64,000 bases of DNA. Origin: Nemertoderma westbladi. Lineage: Eukaryota > Animalia > Xenacoelomorpha. The notes beneath the pieces are model-generated. The model saw only the letters and a program-made list of their open reading frames with translations. It had not been told where the DNA came from and made no database searches. The DNA is taken from the NCBI GenBank assembly GCA_032718475.1, contig JAUCBJ010002874.1:42558-106557 (forward strand), in the 5' to 3' direction. Below are positions 52,950 through 64,000 of this stretch, one piece after another. Within the stretch, counting starts at the first letter, position 1. Each line of letters opens with the position of its first letter. A program made the translations under genes and the position numbers.

Positions 52950-55800
52950 GTAAATGTATGGAGTAGGGAATGAAGAACGTAGAGGCATTCATAGTAAATG
53001 AGTAGGGAAAGAACGTAGAGGCATTCATAGTAAATGTATGGAGTAGGGAATGAAGATCGTAGAGGCATTCATAGTAAATGTATGGAGGAGGGAATGAAGA
53101 ACGTAGAGGCATTCATAGTAAATGTATGGAGGAGGGAATGAAGAACGTAGAGGCATTCATAGTAAATGTATGGAGTAGGGAAAGAAGAACGTAGAGGCAT
53201 TCATAGTAAATGTATGGAGGAGGGAAAGAAGAACGTAGAGGCATTCATAGTAAATGTATGGAGTAGGGAAAGAAGAACGTAGAGGCATTCATAGTAAATG
53301 TATGAAGGAGGGAATGAAGAACGTAGAGGCATTCATAGTAAATGTATGTAGGAGGGAATGAAGATCGTAGAGGCATTCATAGTAAATGTATGGAGGAGGG
53401 AATGAAGAACGTAGAGGCATTCATAGTAAATGTATGGAGTAGGGAAAGAAGAACGTAGAGGCATTCATAGTAAATGTATGGAGTAGGGAAAGAACGTAGA
53501 GGCATTCATAGTAAATGTATGTAGGAGGGAATGAAGATCGTAGAGGCATTCATAGTAAATGTATGGAGGAGGGAATGAAGAACGTAGAGGCATTCATAGT
53601 AAATGTATGGAGGAGGGAAAGAAGAACGTAGAGGCATTCATAGTAAATGTATGAAGGAGGGAATGAAGATCGTAGAGGCATTCATAGTAAATGTATGGAG
53701 GAGGGAATGAAGAACGTAGAGGCATTCATAGTAAATGTATGGAGTAGGGAAAGAAGAACGTAGAGGCATTCATAGTAAATGTATGGAGGAGGGAAAGAAG
53801 AACGTAGAGGCATTCATAGTAAATGTATGTAGGAGGGAATGAAGATCGTAGAGGCATTCATAGTAAATGTATGGAGTAGGGAAAGATCGTAGAGGCATTC
53901 ATAGTAAATGTATGGAGGAGGGAAAGAAGAACGTAGAGGCATTCATAGTAAATGTATGGAGTAGGGAAAGAAGAACGTAGAGGCATTCATAGTAAATGTA
54001 TGAAGGAGGGAATGAAGAACGTAGAGGCATTCATAGTAAATGTATGTAGGAGGGAAAGAAGAACGTAGAGGCATTCATAGTAAATGTATGGAGTAGGGAA
54101 AGAAGAACGTAGAGGCATTCATAGTAAATGTATGTAGGAGGGAAAGAAGAACGTAGAGGCATTCATAGTAAATGTATGGAGTAGGGAAAGATCGTAGAGG
54201 CATTCATAGTAAATGTATGAAGTAGGGAAAGAACGTAGAGGCATTCATAGTAAATGTATGGAGGAGGGAAAGAAGAACGTAGAGGCATTCATAGTAAATG
54301 TATGTAGGAGGGAATGAAGATCGTAGAGGCATTCATAGTAAATGTATGGAGTAGGGAAAGATCGTAGAGGCATTCATAGTAAATGTATGGAGGAGGGAAA
54401 GAAGAACGTAGAGGCATTCATAGTAAATGTATGTAGGAGGGAATGAAGATCGTAGAGGCATTCATAGTAAATGTATGGAGGAGGGAAAGAAGAACGTAGA
54501 GGCATTCATAGTAAATGTATGGAGGAGGGAAAGAAGAACGTAGAGGCATTCATAGTAAATGTATGGAGTAGGGAAAGAAGAACGTAGAGGCATTCATAGT
54601 AAATGTATGAAGGAGGGAATGAAGAACGTAGAGGCATTCATAGTAAATGTATGTAGGAGGGAAAGAAGAACGTAGAGGCATTCATAGTAAATGTATGGAG
54701 TAGGGAAAGAAGAACGTAGAGGCATTCATAGTAAATGTATGAAGGAGGGAATGAAGAACGTAGAGGCATTCATAGTAAATGTATGTAGGAGGGAATGAAG
54801 ATCGTAGAGGCATTCATAGTAAATGTATGGAGGAGGGAATGAAGAACGTAGAGGCATTCATAGTAAATGTATGGAGGAGGGAAAGAAGAACGTAGAGGCA
54901 TTCATAGTAAATGTATGAAGGAGGGAATGAAGATCGTAGAGGCATTCATAGTAAATGTATGGAGGAGGGAATGAAGAACGTAGAGGCATTCATAGTAAAT
55001 GTATGAAGTAGGGAAAGAACGTAGAGGCATTCATAGTAAATGTATGGAGGAGGGAAAGAAGAACGTAGAGGCATTCATAGTAAATGTATGAAGGAGGGAA
55101 TGAAGAACGTAGAGGCATTCATAGTAAATGTATGTAGGAGGGAATGAAGATCGTAGAGGCATTCATAGTAAATGTATGGAGGAGGGAATGAAGAACGTAG
55201 AGGCATTCATAGTAAATGTATGGAGGAGGGAAAGAAGAACGTAGAGGCATTCATAGTAAATGTATGAAGGAGGGAATGAAGATCGTAGAGGCATTCATAG
55301 TAAATGTATGGAGGAGGGAATGAAGAACGTAGAGGCATTCATAGTAAATGTATGAAGTAGGGAAAGAACGTAGAGGCATTCATAGTAAATGTATGGAGGA
55401 GGGAATGAAGAACGTAGAGGCATTCATAGTAAATGTATGAAGTAGGGAAAGAACGTAGAGGCATTCATAGTAAATGTATGGAGGAGGGAAAGAAGAACGT
55501 AGAGGCATTCATAGTAAATGTATGTAGGAGGGAATGAAGATCGTAGAGGCATTCATAGTAAATGTATGGAGTAGGGAAAGATCGTAGAGGCATTCATAGT
55601 AAATGTATGGAGTAGGGAAAGAAGAACGTAGAGGCATTCATAGTAAATGTATGTAGGAGGGAATGAAGATCGTAGAGGCATTCATAGTAAATGTATGGAG
55701 TAGGGAAAGATCGTAGAGGCATTCATAGTAAATGTATGGAGTAGGGAAAGAACGTAGAGGCATTCATAGTAAATGTATGGAGGAGGGAAAGAAGAACGTA
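52950..55800. repeat. Sub-domain L: 44-bp-dominated block
   Basis: Most tails are TATG(G/A/T)AG(G/T)AGGGAA(T/A)GAAGA(A/T)CG. The TATGTAGGAGGG tail is concentrated here. Confidence 0.88.
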
Positions 55801-57589
55801 GAGGCATTCATAGTAAATGTATGGAGTAGGGAAAGAACGTAGAGGCATTCATAGTAAATGTATGGAGGAAAGAACGTAGAGGCATTCATAGTAAATGTAT
55901 GGAGTAGGGAAAGAACGTAGAGGCATTCATAGTAAATGTATGGAGTAGGGAGAGAACGTAGAGGCATTCATAGTAAATGTATGGAGGAGGGAATGAACGT
56001 AGAGGCATTCATAGTAAATGTATGGAGTAGGGAAAGAACGTAGAGGCATTCATAGTAAATGTATGGAGTAGGGAAAGAACGTAGAGGCATTCATAGTAAA
56101 TGTATGGAGGAGGGAAAGATCGTAGAGGCATTCATAGTAAATGTATGGAGGAGGGACGGAGCGTAGAGGCATTCATAGTAAATGTATGGAGGAGGGAAAG
56201 ATCGTAGAGGCATTCATAGTAAATGTATGGAGTAGGGAAAGAACGTAGAGGCATTCATAGTAAATGTATGGAGTAGGGAAAGAACGTAGAGGCATTCATA
56301 GTAAATGTATGGAGTAGGGAAAGAACGTAGAGGCATTCATAGTAAATGTATGGAGGAGGGAAAGATCGTAGAGGCATTCATAGTAAATGTATGGAGGAGG
56401 GAAAGAAGATCGTAGAGGCATTCATAGTAAATGTATGGAGTAGGGAAAGAACGTAGAGGCATTCATAGTAAATGTATGGAGTAGGGAAAGAACGTAGAGG
56501 CATTCATAGTAAATGTATGGAGGAGGGAAAGAAGAACGTAGAGGCATTCATAGTAAATGTATGGAGTAGGGAAAGAACGTAGAGGCATTCATAGTAAATG
56601 TATGGAGGAAAGAACGTAGAGGCATTCATAGTAAATGTATGGAGTAGGGAAAGAACGTAGAGGCATTCATAGTAAATGTATGGAGGAGGGACGGAGCGTA
56701 GAGGCATTCATAGTAAATGTATGGAGTAGGGAAAGAACGTAGAGGCATTCATAGTAAATGTATGGAGTAGGGAGAGAACGTAGAGGCATTCATAGTAAAT
56801 GTATGGAGTAGGGAAAGAACGTAGAGGCATTCATAGTAAATGTATGGAGTAGGGAAAGAACGTAGAGGCATTCATAGTAAATGTATGGAGGAGGGAAAGA
56901 ACGTAGAGGCATTCATAGTAAATGTATGGAGTAGGGAAAGAACGTAGAGGCATTCATAGTAAATGTATGGAGTAGGGAAAGAACGTAGAGGCATTCATAG
57001 TAAATGAGTAGGGAAAGAACGTAGAGGCATTCATAGTAAATGTATGGAGTAGGGAAAGAACGTAGAGGCATTCATAGTAAATGTATGGAGGAGGGAAAGA
57101 ACGTAGAGGCATTCATAGTAAATGTATGGAGTAGGGAAAGAACGTAGAGGCATTCATAGTAAATGTATGGAGGAAAGAACGTAGAGGCATTCATAGTAAA
57201 TGTATGGAGTAGGGAAAGATCGTAGAAGCATTCATAGTAAATGTATGGAGTAGGGAAAGAACGTAGAGGCATTCATAGTAAATGTATGGAGTAGGGAAAG
57301 AACGTAGAGGCATTCATAGTAAATGAGTAGGGAAAGAACGTAGAGGCATTCATAGTAAATGTATGGAGTAGGGAAAGAACGTAGAGGCATTCATAGTAAA
57401 TGTATGGAGTAGGGAAAGAACGTAGAGGCATTCATAGTAAATGTATGGAGTAGGGAAAGAACGTAGAGGCATTCATAGTAAATGTATGGAGGAGGGAAAG
57501 AACGTAGAGGCATTCATAGTAAATGTATGGAGTAGGGAAAGAACGTAGAGGCATTCATAGTAAATGTATGGAGTAGGGAGAGAACGTAG

Positions 57590-60500
57590 AGGCATTCATA
57601 GTAAATGTATGGAGGAGGGACGGAGCGTAGAGGCATTCATAGTAAATGTATGGAGTAGGGAAAGAACGTAGAGGCATTCATAGTAAATGTATGGAGTAGG
57701 GAAAGAACGTAGAGGCATTCATAGTAAATGTATGGAGTAGGGAGAGAACGTAGAGGCATTCATAGTAAATGTATGGAGTAGGGAAAGAACGTAGAGGCAT
57801 TCATAGTAAATGTATGGAGTAGGGAAAGAACGTAGAGGCATTCATAGTAAATGTATGGAGGAGGGACGGAGCGTAGAGGCATTCATAGTAAATGTATGGA
57901 GGAGGGACGGAGCGTAGAGGCATTCATAGTAAATGTATGGAGGAGGGACGGAGCGTAGAGGCATTCATAGTAAATGTATGGAGTAGGGAAAGAACGTAGA
58001 GGCATTCATAGTAAATGTATGGAGTAGGGAGAGAACGTAGAGGAATTCATAGTAAATGTATGGAGTAGGGAGAGAACGTAGAGGAATTCATAGTAAATGT
58101 ATGGAGGAGGGACGGAGCGTAGAGGCATTCATAGTAAATGTATGGAGGAGGGACGGAGCGTAGAGGCATTCATAGTAAATGTATGGAGTAGGGAAAGAAC
58201 GTAGAGGCATTCATAGTAAATGTATGGAGTAGGGAGAGAACGTAGAGGAATTCATAGTAAATGTATGGAGGAGGGACGGAGCGTAGAGGCATTCATAGTA
58301 AATGTATGGAGTAGGGAAAGAACGTAGAGGCATTCATAGTAAATGTATGGAGTAGGGAGAGAACGTAGAGGAATTCATAGTAAATGTATGGAGGAGGGAC
58401 GGAGCGTAGAGGCATTCATAGTAAATGTATGGAGTAGGGAAAGAACGTAGAGGCATTCATAGTAAATGTATGGAGGAGGGACGGAGCGTAGAGGCATTCA
58501 TAGTAAATGTATGGAGTAGGGAAAGAACGTAGAGGCATTCATAGTAAATGTATGGAGGAGGGACGGAGCGTAGAGGCATTCATAGTAAATGTATGGAGGA
58601 GGGACGGAGCGTAGAGGCATTCATAGTAAATGTATGGAGTAGGGAAAGAACGTAGAGGCATTCATAGTAAATGTATGGAGGAGGGACGGAGCGTAGAGGC
58701 ATTCATAGTAAATGTATGGAGGAGGGACGGAGCGTAGAGGCATTCATAGTAAATGTATGGAGTAGGGAAAGAACGTAGAGGCATTCATAGTAAATGTATG
58801 GAGGAGGGACGGAGCGTAGAGGCATTCATAGTAAATGTATGGAGGAGGGACGGAGCGTAGAGGCATTCATAGTAAATGTATGGAGTAGGGAAAGAACGTA
58901 GAGGCATTCATAGTAAATGTATGGAGTAGGGAGAGAACGTAGAGGAATTCATAGTAAATGTATGGAGGAGGGACGGAGCGTAGAGGCATTCATAGTAAAT
59001 GTATGGAGTAGGGAAAGAACGTAGAGGCATTCATAGTAAATGTATGGAGTAGGGAGAGAACGTAGAGGAATTCATAGTAAATGTATGGAGGAGGGACGGA
59101 GCGTAGAGGCATTCATAGTAAATGTATGGAGGAGGGACGGAGCGTAGAGGCATTCATAGTAAATGTATGGAGTAGGGAAAGAACGTAGAGGCATTCATAG
59201 TAAATGTATGGAGGAGGGACGGAGCGTAGAGGCATTCATAGTAAATGTATGGAGTAGGGAAAGAACGTAGAGGAATTCATAGTAAATGTATGGAGTAGGG
59301 AGAGAACGTAGAGGAATTCATAGTAAATGTATGGAGGAGGGACGGAGCGTAGAGGCATTCATAGTAAATGTATGGAGTAGGGAAAGAACGTAGAGGCATT
59401 CATAGTAAATGTATGGAGTAGGGAGAGAACGTAGAGGCATTCATAGTAAATGTATGGAGTAGGGAAAGAACGTAGAGGCATTCATAGTAAATGTATGGAG
59501 TAGGGAAAGAACGTAGAGGCATTCATAGTAAATGTATGGAGTAGGGAGAGAACGTAGAGGCATTCATAGTAAATGTATGGAGGAGGGACGGAGCGTAGAG
59601 GCATTCATAGTAAATGTATGGAGTAGGGAAAGAACGTAGAGGCATTCATAGTAAATGTATGGAGTAGGGAGAGAACGTAGAGGAATTCATAGTAAATGTA
59701 TGGAGGAGGGACGGAGCGTAGAGGCATTCATAGTAAATGTATGGAGGAGGGACGGAGCGTAGAGGCATTCATAGTAAATGTATGGAGTAGGGAAAGAACG
59801 TAGAGGCATTCATAGTAAATGTATGGAGGAGGGACGGAGCGTAGAGGCATTCATAGTAAATGTATGGAGGAGGGACGGAACGTAGAGGCATTCATAGTAA
59901 ATGTATGGAGGAGGGACGGAGCGTAGAGGCATTCATAGTAAATGTATGGAGTAGGGAAAGAACGTAGAGGCATTCATAGTAAATGTATGGAGGAGGGACG
60001 GAGCGTAGAGGCATTCATAGTAAATGTATGGAGTAGGGAAAGAACGTAGAGGCATTCATAGTAAATGTATGGAGTAGGGAGAGAACGTAGAGGCATTCAT
60101 AGTAAATGTATGGAGGAGGGACGGAGCGTAGAGGCATTCATAGTAAATGTATGGAGGAGGGACGGAGCGTAGAGGCATTCATAGTAAATGTATGGAGTAG
60201 GGAAAGAACGTAGAGGCATTCATAGTAAATGTATGGAGGAGGGACGGAGCGTAGAGGCATTCATAGTAAATGTATGGAGGAGGGACGGAGCGTAGAGGCA
60301 TTCATAGTAAATGTATGGAGTAGGGAAAGAACGTAGAGGCATTCATAGTAAATGTATGGAGGAGGGACGGAGCGTAGAGGCATTCATAGTAAATGTATGG
60401 AGTAGGGACGAGAACGTAGAGGCATTCATAGTAAATGTATGGAGGAGGGACGGAGCGTAGAGGCATTCATAGTAAATGTATGGAGGAGGGACGGAGCGTA

Positions 60501-63500
60501 GAGGCATTCATAGTAAATGTATGGAGTAGGGAAAGAACGTAGAGGCATTCATAGTAAATGTATGGAGGAGGGACGGAGCGTAGAGGCATTCATAGTAAAT
60601 GTATGGAGGAGGGACGGAGCGTAGAGGCATTCATAGTAAATGTATGGAGGAGGGACGGAGCGTAGAGGCATTCATAGTAAATGTATGGAGTAGGGAAAGA
60701 ACGTAGAGGCATTCATAGTAAATGTATGGAGGAGGGACGGAGCGTAGAGGCATTCATAGTAAATGTATGGAGTAGGGAAAGAACGTAGAGGCATTCATAG
60801 TAAATGTATGGAGTAGGGAGAGAACGTAGAGGCATTCATAGTAAATGTATGGAGGAGGGACGGAGCGTAGAGGCATTCATAGTAAATGTATGGAGGAGGG
60901 ACGGAGCGTAGAGGCATTCATAGTAAATGTATGGAGTAGGGAGAGAACGTAGAGGCATTCATAGTAAATGTATGGAGGAGGGACGGAGCGTAGAGGCATT
61001 CATAGTAAATGTATGGAGTAGGGAGAGAACGTAGAGGAATTCATAGTAAATGTATGGAGGAGGGACGGAGCGTAGAGGCATTCATAGTAAATGTATGGAG
61101 GAGGGACGGAGCGTAGAGGCATTCATAGTAAATGTATGGAGTAGGGAAAGAACGTAGAGGCATTCATAGTAAATGTATGGAGGAGGGACGGAGCGTAGAG
61201 GCATTCATAGTAAATGTATGGAGTAGGGACGAGAACGTAGAGGCATTCATAGTAAATGTATGGAGGAGGGACGGAGCGTAGAGGCATTCATAGTAAATGT
61301 ATGGAGGAGGGACGGAGCGTAGAGGCATTCATAGTAAATGTATGGAGTAGGGAAAGAACGTAGAGGCATTCATAGTAAATGTATGGAGGAGGGACGGAGC
61401 GTAGAGGCATTCATAGTAAATGTATGGAGTAGGGAAAGAACGTAGAGGAATTCATAGTAAATGTATGGAGTAGGGAGAGAACGTAGAGGAATTCATAGTA
61501 AATGTATGGAGGAGGGACGGAGCGTAGAGGCATTCATAGTAAATGTATGGAGGAGGGACGGAGCGTAGAGGCATTCATAGTAAATGTATGGAGTAGGGAA
61601 AGAACGTAGAGGCATTCATAGTAAATGTATGGAGTAGGGAGAGAACGTAGAGGAATTCATAGTAAATGTATGGAGGAGGGACGGAGCGTAGAGGCATTCA
61701 TAGTAAATGTATGGAGGAGGGACGGAGCGTAGAGGCATTCATAGTAAATGTATGGAGTAGGGAAAGAACGTAGAGGCATTCATAGTAAATGTATGGAGGA
61801 GGGACGGAGCGTAGAGGCATTCATAGTAAATGTATGGAGTAGGGAGAGAACGTAGAGGAATTCATAGTAAATGTATGGAGGAGGGACGGAGCGTAGAGGC
61901 ATTCATAGTAAATGTATGGAGGAGGGACGGAGCGTAGAGGCATTCATAGTAAATGTATGGAGTAGGGAAAGAACGTAGAGGCATTCATAGTAAATGTATG
62001 GAGGAGGGACGGAGCGTAGAGGCATTCATAGTAAATGTATGGAGTAGGGAAAGAACGTAGAGGAATTCATAGTAAATGTATGGAGTAGGGAGAGAACGTA
62101 GAGGAATTCATAGTAAATGTATGGAGGAGGGACGGAGCGTAGAGGCATTCATAGTAAATGTATGGAGGAGGGACGGAGCGTAGAGGCATTCATAGTAAAT
62201 GTATGGAGTAGGGAAAGAACGTAGAGGCATTCATAGTAAATGTATGGAGTAGGGAGAGAACGTAGAGGAATTCATAGTAAATGTATGGAGGAGGGACGGA
62301 GCGTAGAGGCATTCATAGTAAATGTATGGAGGAGGGACGGAGCGTAGAGGCATTCATAGTAAATGTATGGAGTAGGGAAAGAACGTAGAGGCATTCATAG
62401 TAAATGTATGGAGGAGGGACGGAGCGTAGAGGCATTCATAGTAAATGTATGGAGGAGGGACGGAGCGTAGAGGCATTCATAGTAAATGTATGGAGGAGGG
62501 ACGGAGCGTAGAGGCATTCATAGTAAATGTATGGAGGAGGGACGGAGCGTAGAGGCATTCATAGTAAATGTATGGAGGAGGGACGGAGCGTAGAGGCATT
62601 CATAGTAAATGTATGGAGGAGGGACGGAGCGTAGAGGCATTCATAGTAAATGTATGGAGTAGGGAAAGAACGTAGAGGAATTCATAGTAAATGTATGGAG
62701 TAGGGAGAGAACGTAGAGGCATTCATAGTAAATGTATGGAGGAGGGACGGAGCGTAGAGGCATTCATAGTAAATGTATGGAGGAGGGACGGAGCGTAGAG
62801 GCATTCATAGTAAATGTATGGAGTAGGGAAAGAACGTAGAGGCATTCATAGTAAATGTATGGAGGAGGGACGGAGCGTAGAGGCATTCATAGTAAATGTA
62901 TGGAGGAGGGACGGAGCGTAGAGGCATTCATAGTAAATGTATGGAGTAGGGAAAGAACGTAGAGGCATTCATAGTAAATGTATGGAGTAGGGAGAGAACG
63001 TAGAGGCATTCATAGTAAATGTATGGAGGAGGGACGGAGCGTAGAGGCATTCATAGTAAATGTATGGAGGAGGGACGGAGCGTAGAGGCATTCATAGTAA
63101 ATGTATGGAGGAGGGACGGAGCGTAGAGGCATTCATAGTAAATGTATGGAGTAGGGAAAGAACGTAGAGGCATTCATAGTAAATGTATGGAGGAGGGACG
63201 GAGCGTAGAGGCATTCATAGTAAATGTATGGAGTAGGGAAAGAACGTAGAGGCATTCATAGTAAATGTATGGAGGAGGGACGGAGCGTAGAGGCATTCAT
63301 AGTAAATGTATGGAGTAGGGAAAGAACGTAGAGGCATTCATAGTAAATGTATGGAGTAGGGAGAGAACGTAGAGGCATTCATAGTAAATGTATGGAGGAG
63401 GGACGGAGCGTAGAGGCATTCATAGTAAATGTATGGAGTAGGGAGAGAACGTAGAGGCATTCATAGTAAATGTATGGAGGAGGGACGGAGCGTAGAGGCA

Positions 63501-64000
63501 TTCATAGTAAATGTATGGAGGAGGGACGGAGCGTAGAGGCATTCATAGTAAATGTATGGAGTAGGGAAAGAACGTAGAGGCATTCATAGTAAATGTATGG
63601 AGGAGGGACGGAACGTAGAGGCATTCATAGTAAATGTATGGAGGAGGGACGGAGCGTAGAGGCATTCATAGTAAATGTATGGAGGAGGGACGGAGCGTAG
63701 AGGCATTCATAGTAAATGTATGGAGTAGGGAAAGAACGTAGAGGCATTCATAGTAAATGTATGGAGGAGGGACGGAGCGTAGAGGCATTCATAGTAAATG
63801 TATGGAGTAGGGAAAGAACGTAGAGGCATTCATAGTAAATGTATGGAGTAGGGAGAGAACGTAGAGGAATTCATAGTAAATGTATGGAGGAGGGACGGAG
63901 CGTAGAGGCATTCATAGTAAATGTATGGAGGAGGGACGGAGCGTAGAGGCATTCATAGTAAATGTATGGAGTAGGGAGAGAACGTAGAGGCATTCATAGT
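57590..64000. repeat. Sub-domain N: length-uniform 41-mers dominated by GGAGGAGGGACGGAGCG, with an EcoRI (GAATTC) core variant
   Basis: Three tail types account for nearly all monomers; no 36- or 44-mers seen. About 19 GAATTC sites from 58043 to 63867; 61448/61489/61653 recur at +615 (15x41). Confidence 0.92.

Larger units (their letters stand above)
1..64000. repeat. Tandem satellite/minisatellite array, 41-bp consensus monomer with 36/37/44-bp length variants, single orientation
   Basis: Core CGTAGAGGCATTCATAGTAAATG recurs every 36-44 bp from base 2 to the window end. No non-repeat sequence or reverse-orientation monomer seen. Confidence 0.99.

Noticed and set aside
42950-56420. GATC clusters as Dam sites or origin iterons
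   Set aside because: GATC arises from one A-to-T variant amplified with the repeat. There are no DnaA boxes, rep gene or other prokaryotic context.
676-57272. Many minus-strand ORFs (MPLRSFPTPYIYYECLYVLSLL.../SFTMNASTFFPY...), up to 367 aa at 38529..39632
   Set aside because: The only minus-strand stop is one TGA per core. 36-mers keep frame and 41-mers shift it, so ORF length mainly tracks 36-mer runs (mostly 64+12n aa). The ORFs overlap in two frames and have no unique domain, so there is no evidence of coding.
1-64000. CRISPR array (23-bp repeat plus spacers)
   Set aside because: The intervening segments are 13-21 bp, mutually homologous and reused hundreds of times. There are no unique spacers, leader or cas genes.
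1-64000. Canonical telomere tract or a named satellite family
   Set aside because: No tandem TTAGGG-type units are present, and I do not recognise the monomer. Assignment needs a Dfam/Repbase/BLAST search.
1-64000. Wholly artefactual or synthetic concatemer (rolling-circle or adapter chimera)
   Set aside because: Shared rare variants, nested duplications and domain structure indicate evolutionary history, and no adapter sequence was recognised. Local assembly errors remain possible.

Overview
The whole 64-kb window is one uninterrupted head-to-tail tandem array of about 1,600 monomers (estimated from a mean unit of about 40 bp), running past both window edges. The consensus 41-bp monomer is ACGTAGAGGCATTCATAGTAAATGTATGGAGTAGGGAAAGA (16 A, 13 G, 9 T, 3 C; 39% GC; 71% purine on the + strand). 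Each monomer has a nearly invariant 23-bp core (CGTAGAGGCATTCATAGTAAATG) and a purine-rich tail of 13-21 bp drawn from a small, reused set of variants, giving 36-, 37-, 41- and 44-bp classes. The variants form kb-scale domains and nested higher-order duplications of about 150 bp to 4.1 kb. The last 6.4 kb is dominated by a G-richer GGAGGAGGGACGGAG variant. I found no unique sequence, gene, RNA gene, transposon or inversion. All listed ORFs are explained by the repeat. The layout resembles CRISPR but is not CRISPR, because the 'spacers' are recurring variants of one sequence. The best reading is a minisatellite/satellite array, probably eukaryotic. Organism, chromosomal location and function cannot be determined from this window.
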